Assembly (NCBI GenBank): GCA_963664115.2
Contig: CAXWPJ010000005.1
Location: forward strand, 160,001 to 224,000
From: Terriglobia bacterium
GTDB lineage: Bacteria; Acidobacteriota; Terriglobia; 20CM-2-55-15
DNA length: 64,000 nucleotides
Direction: 5' to 3'
The notes beneath the pieces were generated by a model. It searched no databases. It was not told the origin of the DNA and was given only the letters and a program-made list of their open reading frames with translations. Positions 40,211 through 50,295 of this stretch are shown here, piece after piece (the stretch's first letter is position 1; each line of letters opens with the position of its first letter). A program made the translations under genes and the position numbers.

Positions 40211-40326
40211 TTCTCACTGTCCGACAAGGTCGTTTCTCAGGACCTGACCTTCTGATTGCTTACAACTCCCACCTCTAGTATCGTTTGCCGAGTTTTTCAC
40301 GGTTCGTTTCGACGCACACTAAAACG
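40211..40326 (+). promoter_or_regulatory. 38-bp left IR plus conserved kinase-type promoter
   Basis: TTCTCACTGTCCGACAAGGTCGTTTCTCAGGACCTGAC is the imperfect reverse complement of 44533-44570; candidate -10 TAGTAT. Confidence 0.75.
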
Positions 40327-40482
40327 ATGGAATCAACCACACAACTCGGCCACTACGAGATCTCAACGCTCTTGGGTAAGGGTGGAATGGGAGAAGTTTG
40401 GCGTACGAGAGATACGAAGCTGGGACGTGAAGTTGCCATCAAGACGGTGTCTGAAGAGTTTGCGAGAGACGCCGACCGATGA
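40327..40482 (+). pseudogene. N-terminal 51 codons of a Ser/Thr protein kinase
   Basis: [33 protein letters not shown] (subdomains I-II), then a stop overlapping the next ATG. Confidence 0.92.
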
Positions 40483-42179
40483 AGCTTTTCAACAGCCAAT
40501 TCTCGCATGTCTTCAGCAAAGGCGAGATGCGCCGGAACCTCTTGACCTTACTCCGCTACCTCGCCTTTCTCTTCGCTATCGTTCTTACCTACGCCCTGAT
40601 CTTTCAGCTGATTATGATTGGCGTGGAGGACCAGTCACACTCCTGGATGACGGGCATCTACTGGACGCTCGTCACCATGACGACCCTCGGATTTGGTGAC
40701 ATTACATTCGCCACTGATATTGGCCGCCTTTTCAGCGTCTTCGTCTTACTGTCAGGCGTCGTCCTGCTCCTCGTTGTACTCCCCTTCACCTTCATCCGCT
40801 TCTTCTATGCGCCATGGCTCGAAGCCCAGGTGAGACTCAGAGCACCGAGGCGGCTTCGACCTTCGGTAAGAGAGCACGTGATCATCAGTCGTCACGACGA
40901 AATCGCCGCCGGTTTGATTGAGCGGCTGCGCCCCGAGGCGATTCCGTACTGCGTGATCGAGCCGGATCCAACCGTTGCGGCGCAGATGCTCAGCCAGGGT
41001 ATCTCCGTCGTCACGGGCGACATCGACAACCGGCTAACCTACGAAGGGGTCAATGTTCAGCAGGCCCGGCTGGTGCTTGCTAACCGAGAGGACACGACCA
41101 ACACGAACCTCACCCTAACTGTACGTGAGGTCACCACGGATGTCCCGGTCGTCGCGTTCGTCGAGAATCAGGACTCAATCGACATTTTGGAGCTCAGTGG
41201 TGCCACGCATGTGCTTGCTCTGAAACAGCGTCTGGGTGAATACCTCGCCAATCGCATCAGTGGCGGACAGGGCCACGCGGACGTAATCGGGGAGTTCAAG
41301 GGACTGCAGATCGCCGAGTTCCCAGCGCACAATACCCAGCTCGCCGGACGGAACGTGCGCGAGACGCGAATGCGAGAGACGATGGGCTTGAACATCGTCG
41401 GCGTCTGGCAGCGCGGCCGGCTACGACCGGCGTTTCCCGATACCCAGATCGTCGATCAGAGTGTCGTCGTCGTGGTCGGCGTGCCGGAGCAGATCGGCGA
41501 GTTGAATGGCCTCCTCCACCGCCCCGATGTGCGCGATGAGCCAGTTTTGGTCATTGGCGGTGGCAAGGTGGGACGCGCTGCGACGCGTGCCCTCAAGCGG
41601 AAAGGTGTTCCCGTGCACGTGCTCGAACGCGACGATCGGGCACACGACAAACTCGCGGGCATCTGCGATCAGCATTTCGTGGGTGACGCTGCTGATCGGG
41701 AGGCCCTGATGAGGGCGGGCCTGCAGAACGCTCCCTCAGTGCTGCTGACCACGAATGATGACGCCATGAACGTGTACCTAGCCGTGTACTGCAGGCGACT
41801 CAAGCCAGATCTACGGATCGTCAGCCGGATTACGCACGAGAGAAACCTCGAAGCGATCCATCGGGCGGGCGCAGATTTCGTGTTGAGCTACTCGACGCTG
41901 GGAGTGGAAGCTGTCTTTTCGGTGCTGCAAGGCCATGAGCTCGTCATCTTGGGGGAAGGTGTCGACCTATTTACGGTGGACCTCCCCCCTTCTCTGCAGG
42001 GCAAGATGCTTGCGGAAACTGGCATCGGCTCGCGAACTGGGCTGAGCGTGGTCGCGGTTGGCCAGAATGCGCAGCTGGTGACGAAGCTTCACTCTTCGAT
42101 GCGACTGGAGCCGGGCGCAAAGTTGATCATGCTGGGGAGCGTCAAGCAGCGGCAGGCGTTTGCCGACGCGTTTGGGTAG
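40479..42179 (+). CDS. Potassium channel protein with two TrkA-N/TrkA-C (RCK) pairs
   Basis: TMTTLGFGD selectivity filter; IGGGKVG motif. Confidence 0.92.
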   Translation: MKLFNSQFSHVFSKGEMRRNLLTLLRYLAFLFAIVLTYALIFQLIMIGVEDQSHSWMTGIYWTLVTMTTLGFGDITFATDIGRLFSVFVLLSGVVLLLVVLPFTFIRFFYAPWLEAQVRLRAPRRLRPSVREHVIISRHDEIAAGLIERLRPEAIPYCVIEPDPTVAAQMLSQGISVVTGDIDNRLTYEGVNVQQARLVLANREDTTNTNLTLTVREVTTDVPVVAFVENQDSIDILELSGATHVLALKQRLGEYLANRISGGQGHADVIGEFKGLQIAEFPAHNTQLAGRNVRETRMRETMGLNIVGVWQRGRLRPAFPDTQIVDQSVVVVVGVPEQIGELNGLLHRPDVRDEPVLVIGGGKVGRAATRALKRKGVPVHVLERDDRAHDKLAGICDQHFVGDAADREALMRAGLQNAPSVLLTTNDDAMNVYLAVYCRRLKPDLRIVSRITHERNLEAIHRAGADFVLSYSTLGVEAVFSVLQGHELVILGEGVDLFTVDLPPSLQGKMLAETGIGSRTGLSVVAVGQNAQLVTKLHSSMRLEPGAKLIMLGSVKQRQAFADAFG

Positions 42180-42274
42180 GCCCGCGGTTTCTCGGCCAAG
42201 GTATCTGCTAACCGATCCAAAATCTCCCGCAGCCACCTTCAGTTCGGGTGGCGGAAGGGGTCATCTGCGCTTCT

Positions 42275-42380
42275 CCCGAGTGTACCGGCACGATCGACAA
42301 CCGCGATCGTAACGACAACCAGCACACCGTTACGCCTGCAAGATTCGATCACACTGTCAACAACGGCCATCGCCTGCGCC
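42275..42380 (-). pseudogene. Fragment of a GlcG/HbpS-like heme-binding protein
   Basis: AQAMAVVDSVIESCRRNG..VTIAVVDRAG; no start and no C-terminal half. Confidence 0.55.
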
Positions 42381-42383
42381 ACC

Positions 42384-42459
42384 GAACTGAAGGAACGCGT
42401 GCCGGTTCCCTGATTTGCGAGGTCAAGTCCTGATAAATCATCTTCGCGGACGTTGAGAA
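42384..42459 (+). repeat. Kinase 3'-end remnant ELKERVPVP* plus 38-bp right IR
   Basis: TCAAGTCCTGATAAATCATCTTCGCGGACGTTGAGAA follows the stop. Confidence 0.9.
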
Positions 42460-42693
42460 ATTCTGCGAACCGTTCCACATTGTTTAGCGGCACTGATATT
42501 TCGATAGCTTCCGTGTACATTAATTAATATTCTCTATGAAGCTTTTATCCGCCACGCCTGATGAGCAAACGGAGGCGTGGACGAACTTCTGTCGAGTAAG
42601 CCACGACGAGAGATCCGAGGACGCGGAGGCCTGCCTGAAGCATCGAAGCAATGGCATGCCCATACCCGCAAACACCCTATGGGGGATTTCCAG

Positions 42694-43161
42694 ATGTCCA
42701 TTTCAAGACGGTCACTTTTAAAGCGAGGTCTCGCTGTCGGAGCGCTCCTGGGTCTGCGGCTTCAGACTGCTCTGTCACAAGAACCCAAGCCGGTCATTGC
42801 CGTCTTCAAGTCGCCTAGCTGAGGTTGTTGTGGTGCGTGGGTCACGCATCTGACGAACTATGGTTTTCCAGTGCGAGTTCAGGATGTGGCAAACCTTCAA
42901 ACCATAAAGGAACGCAACGGTGTGACTCCTGTACTGGCAGGATGCCACACGGCGTTTGTTGAAGGTTATGTCATTGAAGGACATGTACCAGCCGACGTGA
43001 TCGACCGTCTACTAAGTGAGCGTCCGCAAATTGCAGGCCTTGCGGTGCCTGGCATGCCCGTGGGCTCACCCGGCATGGAAGTCCCTGGCCGACCAGCGGT
43101 GCCCTATGATGTGATCGCTTTCGATGTGAGTGGGAGGACGCGTGTCTTTGCCACTCGATAA
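42694..43161 (+). CDS. Tat-exported DUF411 metal-binding protein, probable selenoprotein (in-frame UGA at 42820)
   Basis: SRRSLLK signal; KSPS-U-GCC..W in place of CGCC; CHTA..EGY.IEGHVPA and GLAVPGMPVGSPGME in the same frame; hairpin right after the UGA. Confidence 0.8.
42823..42858 (+). promoter_or_regulatory. Candidate bacterial SECIS hairpin
   Basis: GGTGCGTG-GGT-CACGCATC upper stem; loop starts 17 nt after the UGA with GG; lower stem GTTGTTG/TGACGAAC. Confidence 0.65.
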
Positions 43162-43319
43162 CGAGGTGGTGAGCCACCCAGACACCAGGCTCGAAGCCCG
43201 ATAGGCCAGTCAGGAAACGTTGACCTGATCCAGGTTTCGATCCTGAATCGACTCGTCGCCATCTTAAGTGAACCCCTAACAGCCGGTGATCGGAAGCGGC
43301 GCCGGAGAAAGGAAATGTG

Positions 43320-43772
43320 ATGAAGCAACTATTACTGTCAGCGCTCATGCTGGGGATGCTCACAAGCATCGCGGAGTCCCGGCAGGCTGAGGGACCCTCT
43401 GCATCGGCAACCTCCTCCAATCTCATCCAACAATTTTTGATGGCCTACAACAGCCAGGACACAGCCTATTTCGACAGAACGCTGGCAAACGATGCCGTCG
43501 TTCTCGATGAGGACGGACACACGCTGACCGGCAAACCCCTGTTGATGCGCATTCTGGGCGGACGACTCTCGGCTACCCCTGCACCGCGTCTCGTTGCTTC
43601 AGACATTACAGGGTCGAATGCCGGGGACGTAGCGTGGGGCTCGCTGAACTACACTTTCGAGCAGGGTGACGAAACAAGAATGGGTTTCATGACTCTGGTC
43701 TTCCAAAGGTCCGGTAACAATTGGGAGATCGCGCACTGGCAGTTTTCCATCCATACGGTGCCTGAAGGCTAA
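43320..43772 (+). CDS. Exported NTF2-like/SnoaL (DUF4440) protein
   Basis: Signal peptide; F..AYN..D...LA.DAV; TLVFQR.G..WEIAHWQFS motif. Confidence 0.82.
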   Translation: MKQLLLSALMLGMLTSIAESRQAEGPSASATSSNLIQQFLMAYNSQDTAYFDRTLANDAVVLDEDGHTLTGKPLLMRILGGRLSATPAPRLVASDITGSNAGDVAWGSLNYTFEQGDETRMGFMTLVFQRSGNNWEIAHWQFSIHTVPEG

Positions 43773-43835
43773 GCCTCGCCGGTTACACTGATGCTCACTG
43801 GAATCCGGACGATGACTGAGGTCCGGATTAATTCG

Positions 43836-43965
43836 GCACGTCCGAACGAAACCAACATCGTCCTCAATTGGTTTGAAGAACTGAAGGAACGGGTGCCGGT
43901 TCCTTGAGGGCAAGGCTGTCGCACATTGCGAGGTCACCAAAAAGCTCGGCTAGCGCGTGCGGGGA
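43836..43965 (+). repeat. Kinase 3' remnant joined head-to-tail to a kinase 5' remnant
   Basis: ARPNETNIVLNWFEELKERVPVP* (to 43907), then GKAVAHCEVTKKLG*RVRG (43909-43965). Confidence 0.85.
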
Positions 43966-43986
43966 CGCTTCCGAGGGAGGTCTGTA

Positions 43987-44424
43987 ATGGGGTATTTGAG
44001 GCTCTGCGCGGCCATCGTCGGGATACTTCTGTTGTTGGGTTGTTCGAGTTCTGAGGAGGGTCGTTCCGTTAACCTGAACGCCGATCAATTGGCTGAAGGG
44101 GCGTTGGGAGAGATGCGATCGGAAGGCGAGGCATCGGCTGTGACTGTCCTGAGAATCCTGAATACGGCTGCAGTGACGTACTTTGTTAGGAACCGGCGCT
44201 ACCCAAGCGTCGAAGAATTAACCGAGGCGGGGTTGGTGAACATTGAGGATGCTGCAAATTCACAGGGACCGTATCGTTACCACATCTCTGAAACGGAGAC
44301 CGGATATGAGATAGTTGCCCGCCCGGAGGAGGAGTCTTGGGCCCACTTTTATTATGACGAGACGGGCCTCATCCGTTCCGAAATCGGGCGGCCTGCCAAT
44401 GCGGAGAGTGCTCCAGTGAATTAG
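43987..44424 (+). CDS. Lipoprotein with pilin-like C-terminal domain, hypothetical
   Basis: GGAGG RBS; lipobox LLGC; EASAV..LR.LNTA..TY and FYYDETGLIR motifs. Confidence 0.75.
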   Translation: MGYLRLCAAIVGILLLLGCSSSEEGRSVNLNADQLAEGALGEMRSEGEASAVTVLRILNTAAVTYFVRNRRYPSVEELTEAGLVNIEDAANSQGPYRYHISETETGYEIVARPEEESWAHFYYDETGLIRSEIGRPANAESAPVN

Positions 44425-44475
44425 TGGGTCACGGCGTAGGCGACTCGTGACATTTTTCTGCCTAATTCGCTTTAG

Positions 44476-44570
44476 AGGTTCGAGGAACTGAAAGAATGAG
44501 TGCCAGTCCCCTAAATGAGCGTGAAAATGATTCTCAAGTCCTGACAAATCATCTTCTCGGACATTGAGAA
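44476..44570 (+). repeat. Kinase 3' remnant RFEELKE*VPVP* plus 38-bp right IR
   Basis: CTCAAGTCCTGACAAATCATCTTCTCGGACATTGAGAA at 44533-44570. Confidence 0.9.
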
Positions 44571-44769
44571 TTCGTTGATTCCAACCATTGCTTCCAACCC
44601 ACTCGTTCCAAAACTAGAACTGGTTGCCAGAAGCCGCCTTCTGGGGCGTTGAATTTGGATCGGTAAACGCTACAGCGTTACTGAGGAGTAATCGTTGCGA
44701 TGATGAGGCTTGAACTGTTGGGGCCTTGGATACGATTCACATTTCCGCATACGCGATTATACGGCCAGG

Positions 44770-44972
44770 TGACTCTTCGATTGCTATTAAACCCAACATG
44801 TAGTTTGATTTACAAATGATAGAGCCGGACAGGACACCCGCACGCCACGAGATTCTTTCCATCCTCGAAAAAGGCGTCATGGGTCAGGTCTGGCGATAGC
44901 GACGCGAACATAGGACCTGAAACTGCGATCCGGACACTACCGGAAGAGCTCGTGAAAGACACCGACCGATGA
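44770..44972 (+). repeat. Decayed promoter plus kinase 5' remnant
   Basis: MIEPDRTPARHEILSILEKGVMGQVWR* / IGPETAIRTLPEELVKDTDR*. Confidence 0.8.
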
Positions 44973-45009
44973 ACGAACCGGTCCCGATATCCTACTTTCT
45001 TTCGAGGTC

Positions 45010-46080
45010 ATACGACTGTCTCTAGACGATTTCGGCTTCTCACCGTTTTTCGCAAGAGCGCTCGGAGGCTTAGCCCCTGAGCTCGAGCCGGCACGCGTTA
45101 TCGTGTCGCGCGGGGCATTTCAGCGGGTCGTTACCGAACACGGCGAATCGGATACCTCGGTCTCGGGGACGCTGCGCCACAAAGCGTCCCCTGCCGGGCT
45201 CCCAACGATTGGCGACTGGGTCGCTGTTCGGGAGGGCCGGATCGAGAACGTCCTTCCCCGTCTCACCAAGCTGTCACGCAAAGTCTCCGGTAAACGGACG
45301 CGGGAACAGGTTGTAGCGGCGAACGTCGATACGGTTATCGTCGTGATGGGACTGGACCGGGACTTCAGCAAATCGAGACTCGAACGCTATCTGTCCACTG
45401 TGCGGGCCAGCGGGGCGAAGCCGGCGGTCGTCCTCAACAAAGTGGACGTCGAACCCGGTTTCGAAGCGCGGCGAAACGAGATCGAAACCCTCATGATGGG
45501 CGGCCCTGTCGTCGCAGCGAGTTGTCTGGAAGGTTTCGGACTCGATGAAGTTCGCGCACTGCTCCGCCCCCGACACACGGCCGTTCTGGTGGGCTCGTCT
45601 GGCGTCGGCAAATCGACGCTGATCAACTTAATGCTGGGTGAAGCCCGGCAGACGACGCGCAGCGTCGGCTCACACAACGACCGGGGACAGCACACCACGA
45701 CCCATCGGGAGCTATTCCAGATTCCAGGGGGAGCATTGCTCATTGACAGCCCGGGTATACGAGAACTCCAGCTCTGGGCAAACGATGACGGGCTCAGCCA
45801 GGACTTCGACGATATTACGCGGCTGGCGATTGCTTGCCGGTATCGTGACTGCGCCCATGACGATGAACCCGGCTGTGCCGTCACCGGAGCCATTGCGGCT
45901 GGCCGGCTCGACGCCGGACGACTCGACAGTCTCCGCACGATGCGAAAAGAACTCGAAACGCTTCGCAAGCGCAAGGATGATGCGAGGGATCGGATTGAAG
46001 AACGGAAGTGGCGAAGCACTCAACGAGAGATACGCCGATCGGGCGGCATTGAGGAACCGGATGGAGAGGAACCCGATTGA
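45010..46080 (+). CDS. rsgA: Ribosome small subunit-dependent GTPase A family
   Basis: IGDWV, VAANVD, LNKVD, GSSGVGKSTLIN, GQHTTT, DSPGIRE and CRYRDCAH..EPGCAV motifs; start uncertain (frame is open upstream of GTG 45103). Confidence 0.92.
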   Translation: MRLSLDDFGFSPFFARALGGLAPELEPARVIVSRGAFQRVVTEHGESDTSVSGTLRHKASPAGLPTIGDWVAVREGRIENVLPRLTKLSRKVSGKRTREQVVAANVDTVIVVMGLDRDFSKSRLERYLSTVRASGAKPAVVLNKVDVEPGFEARRNEIETLMMGGPVVAASCLEGFGLDEVRALLRPRHTAVLVGSSGVGKSTLINLMLGEARQTTRSVGSHNDRGQHTTTHRELFQIPGGALLIDSPGIRELQLWANDDGLSQDFDDITRLAIACRYRDCAHDDEPGCAVTGAIAAGRLDAGRLDSLRTMRKELETLRKRKDDARDRIEERKWRSTQREIRRSGGIEEPDGEEPD

Positions 46081-46146
46081 CCCCGGCCCGGGATCAACGT
46101 GGTGCCGAACTGGATCGAACAATGGACAGAACGGTGTCGGCGGCCT
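46081..46146 (+). repeat. Decayed kinase 3' remnant PRPGINVVPNWIEQWTER
   Basis: Aligns to RPQINVVLNWFEELKER, immediately after the rsgA stop. Confidence 0.75.
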
Positions 46147-46585
46147 GAAGCCAACCTGTCAAACCTGGGATGATCAATCCAACTATCTGTAACGATTTTC
46201 GAATGCCTTGTCCGCAACGCACGCGGGGGAGGACGTCATCTGCGATCCAAGAATCGACTGACATGTGGCTGCCGGACGCCCAATTTCCCTGAAACTCCCA
46301 AATAGTCCGGTGCTGGGCATCTGGGTCGATTTTAAATGCTTGGTAAGTCGCCTATACGGAAAAGTGCATTCAGAATGAGGCAGCGGATTACTCCTCCCTT
46401 GTCGCCTAGCGTTTAGGAATGGGCATTAACGACCCAAAAGTCGGCTTCGGGGAAGTCGGCGGAGACAGAGATGACGGCTCAAGTCCTGTATCTGGACTCC
46501 TCTGTCAAGTAGGCGCAGCTCTCCCGTCAGCTTTCTTCGGCAAAATGCATTCAGCAGGACTGACTAGAAGTTACGAGATGAGTAG

Positions 46586-48420
46586 CTAGTCCCTGAACAA
46601 GCGTGATTGACGAGGAAATGATAGTGCAATAAGAGCGGAAGTACCCGAAATGCCCCTCTCCGTGCGAAAAAAACCTTGGACAGATTCTTCGGAAAAGGAG
46701 GCATTTCAGATGAACGATTATACGCGCAAGAACATGAGGAACCGCAAGCGGCGAATCGAACGTCGGCTTGGGGACCGGCATTGGACGGATCAGGTAGAGC
46801 CGATGTTTTCGGCGAGCAACATTCAGTACGAGATGGGAGAGCGGACGCGGGGCACATCGGTTGGTGGTATCGGGACGATGCAACTGGTGGCGCGGCGGAC
46901 CGGGCTGATCGAAGCCATCGACAAGGGCGTGCATGTGTTGAAGCGGCACCTGCCGTATCACGAGTCGGATCACGTGCTGAACATCGCCTACAACGCCTTG
47001 AGCGGAGGAACGTGCCTGGAAGACATCGAACTGCGGCGCAACGATGCGGTGTATCTGGATGCGCTGGGAGCGCAACGGATTCCGGATCCGACGACGGCGG
47101 GAGACTTCTGCCGGAGATTCGAGGCCGACGACGTGGAGTGTCTGATGGAGGCAACCAATCAAGTCCGGCTCGGAGTCTGGCGACAGCAACCGGCGGCGTT
47201 TTTCGAAGAAGCGGTGTTGGACGCGGACGGGACACTGGCCGAAACCACGGGGGAATGCAAGCAAGGGATGGACGTGGCCTACGACGGGACGTGGGGATAT
47301 CACCCGCTGATGATCTCGCTGGCCAACACCGCCGAACCGCTGTATCTGGTCAATCGTAGCGGCAACCGGCCGTCGCATGAAGGAGCCGCGGTCCGGTTCG
47401 ACCAAGCCATCGCATTGTGCCGGCATGCGGGGTTTCGCCAGATCCTGCTGCGCGGGGACACGGACTTCAGCCAGACCCGGCATCTGGACGGATGGGACGA
47501 CCAGCAGGTGGGTTTCATATTCGGGATTGACGCGATGGCGAACCTGAAGGCCCGGGCCGATGAACTGGAGCCGCGCCAGTGGAAGCGCCTGGAACGGCCC
47601 GCGAAATACGACGTGGCGACCGAACCGCGCCAACGTCCCGACAACGTGAAGGAAGAGATCGTTCGGCAGCGCGGTTTCGACAATATCCGCTTGCAGGGTG
47701 AGGATGTGGCCGAGTTTCGGTATCGACCCGGAGCCTGCGATCGGGACTACCGTGTCGTCGTGGTGCGGAAGAATCTGTCGGTGGCCAAAGGAGAGCAGGT
47801 GTTGTTTGACGAATCCGGTACTTGGCTACATTACCAACCGTTCGGATCCGGCCGATCAGATTGTGATGCGTGCCAATCAACGGTGCAATCAGGAGAACTC
47901 ATTGAGCAGTTGAAGAACGGCGTTCAGGCGTTGCGGATGCCGGTCGGAGATCAGACCAGCAACTGGGCCTACATGGTGATCGCGTCACTGGCCTGGACAC
48001 TGAAAGCGTGGTTTGCATTGCTGCTTCCCGAAACCGGACGTTGGGGCCAAAAATATCAGGCTGAGAAGCAAACCGTGCTGCGCATGGAGTTCAAAACCTT
48101 CTTGAACGCTTTCATGCTTGTGCCGTGCCAACTCGTGCGCACCGGGCGGCGCATTCTGTTCCGGATCCTGGCCTGGAACCGGTGGTTGCCGGTCTTGTTC
48201 CGCGGGGTGGATGTGTTGCGTCGCCTCTGCGATGTTGACCCGATCATGACTTGAGCCCGGGCGATCGAGGTCCCGGTTTCTGTCAACCGTCCAACACCAG
48301 CGAGGCTGAACTGAAACAGATTCAACAGAAACTCGATACCTGGAACAGGCCATCCGGGAACGGGATTCTATGCCTCGAATTCTTCGGCGAACTGGGCCTC
48401 GGCGGACTGGTTATGCGCTT
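46586..48420 (+). mobile_element. IS1380 copy 2, frameshifted and lacking the outer right IR
   Basis: Near-identical to copy 3 but with several 1-2 bp deletions (near 46652, 47812, 47896, 48223, 48251, 48384). Confidence 0.85.
46710..48254 (+). pseudogene. IS1380 transposase with indels
   Basis: Diverges from the intact copy at VLFD|ESGTW and again at the C-terminus. Confidence 0.75.
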
Positions 48421-48431
48421 GAGATGAGTAG

Positions 48432-50288
48432 CTAGTCCCTGAACAAGCGTGATTGACGAGGAAATGATAGTGCAATAAGAGCGGAAGTACCCGAAATGCC
48501 CCCTCTCCGTGCGAAAAAAACCTTGAACAGATTCTTCGGAAAAGGAGGCATTTCAGATGAACGATTATACGCGCAAGAACATGAGGAACCGCAAGCGGCG
48601 AATCGAACGTCGGCTTGGGGACCGGCATTGGACGGATCAGGTAGAGCCGATGTTTTCGGCGAGCAACATTCAGTACGAGATGGGAGAGCGGACGCGGGGC
48701 ACATCGGTTGGTGGTATCGGGACGATGCAACTGGTGGCGCGGCGGACCGGGCTGATCGAAGCCATCGACAAGGGCGTGCATGTGTTGAAGCGGCACCTGC
48801 CGTATCACGAGTCGGATCACGTGCTGAACATCGCCTACAACGCCTTGAGCGGAGGAACGTGCCTGGAAGACATCGAACTGCGGCGCAACGATGCGGTGTA
48901 TCTGGATGCGCTGGGAGCGCAACGGATTCCGGATCCGACGACGGCGGGAGACTTCTGCCGGAGATTCGAGGCCGACGACGTGGAGTGTCTGATGGAGGCA
49001 ACCAATCAAGTCCGGCTCGGAGTCTGGCGACAGCAACCGGCGGCGTTTTTCGAAGAAGCGGTGTTGGACGCGGACGGGACACTGGCCGAAACCACGGGGG
49101 AATGCAAGCAAGGGATGGACGTGGCCTACGACGGGACGTGGGGATATCACCCGCTGATGATCTCGCTGGCCAACACCGCCGAACCGCTGTATCTGGTCAA
49201 TCGTAGCGGCAACCGGCCGTCGCATGAAGGAGCCGCGGTCCGGTTCGACCAAGCCATCGCATTGTGCCGGCATGCGGGGTTTCGCCAGATCCTGCTGCGC
49301 GGGGACACGGACTTCAGCCAGACCCGGCATCTGGACGGATGGGACGACCAGCAGGTGGGTTTCATATTCGGGATTGACGCGATGGCGAACCTGAAGGCCC
49401 GGGCCGATGAACTGGAGCCGCGCCAGTGGAAGCGCCTGGAACGGCCCGCGAAATACGACGTGGCGACCGAACCGCGCCAACGTCCCGACAACGTGAAGGA
49501 AGAGATCGTTCGGCAGCGCGGTTTCGACAATATCCGCTTGCAGGGTGAGGATGTGGCCGAGTTTCGGTATCGACCCGGAGCCTGCGATCGGGACTACCGT
49601 GTCGTCGTGGTGCGGAAGAATCTGTCGGTGGCCAAAGGAGAGCAGGTGTTGTTTGACGACATCCGGTACTTCTTCTACATTACCAACCGTTCGGATCCGG
49701 CCGACCAGATTGTGATGCGTGCCAATCAACGGTGCAATCAGGAGAATCTCATTGAGCAGTTGAAGAACGGCGTTCAGGCGTTGCGGATGCCGGTCGGAGA
49801 TCAGACCAGCAACTGGGCCTACATGGTGATCGCGTCACTGGCCTGGACACTGAAAGCGTGGTTTGCATTGCTGCTTCCCGAAACCGGACGTTGGGGCCAA
49901 AAATATCAGGCTGAGAAGCAAACCGTGCTGCGCATGGAGTTCAAAACCTTCTTGAACGCTTTCATGCTTGTGCCGTGCCAACTCGTGCGCACCGGGCGGC
50001 GCATTCTGTTCCGGATCCTGGCCTGGAACCGGTGGTTGCCGGTCTTGTTCCGCGGGGTGGATGTGTTGCGTCAGCCTCTGCGATGTTGACCCGATCATGA
50101 CTCTGAGCCCGGGCGATCGAGGTCCCGGTTTCTGTCAACCGTCCAACACCAGCGAGGCTGAACTGAAACAGATTCAACAGAAACTCGATACCTGGAACAG
50201 GCCATCCGGGAACGGGATTCTATGCCTCGAATTCTATCGGCGCGAACTGGGCCTCGGCGGACTGGTTATGCGCTTGTTTTGGGACTAG
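48432..50288 (+). mobile_element. IS1380 copy 3, complete
   Basis: Ends CTAGTCCCTGAACAAGCG ... CGCTTGTTTTGGGACTAG. Confidence 0.93.
48557..50089 (+). CDS. IS1380-family transposase
   Basis: 510 aa, AGGAGG RBS; same protein as copy 1. Confidence 0.93.
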   Translation: MNDYTRKNMRNRKRRIERRLGDRHWTDQVEPMFSASNIQYEMGERTRGTSVGGIGTMQLVARRTGLIEAIDKGVHVLKRHLPYHESDHVLNIAYNALSGGTCLEDIELRRNDAVYLDALGAQRIPDPTTAGDFCRRFEADDVECLMEATNQVRLGVWRQQPAAFFEEAVLDADGTLAETTGECKQGMDVAYDGTWGYHPLMISLANTAEPLYLVNRSGNRPSHEGAAVRFDQAIALCRHAGFRQILLRGDTDFSQTRHLDGWDDQQVGFIFGIDAMANLKARADELEPRQWKRLERPAKYDVATEPRQRPDNVKEEIVRQRGFDNIRLQGEDVAEFRYRPGACDRDYRVVVVRKNLSVAKGEQVLFDDIRYFFYITNRSDPADQIVMRANQRCNQENLIEQLKNGVQALRMPVGDQTSNWAYMVIASLAWTLKAWFALLLPETGRWGQKYQAEKQTVLRMEFKTFLNAFMLVPCQLVRTGRRILFRILAWNRWLPVLFRGVDVLRQPLRC

Positions 50289-50295
50289 TATAGCT

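Noticed and set aside
44497-44499. TGA in the kinase tail as selenocysteine
   Set aside because: It replaces an Arg codon (CGA) in a non-coding remnant.
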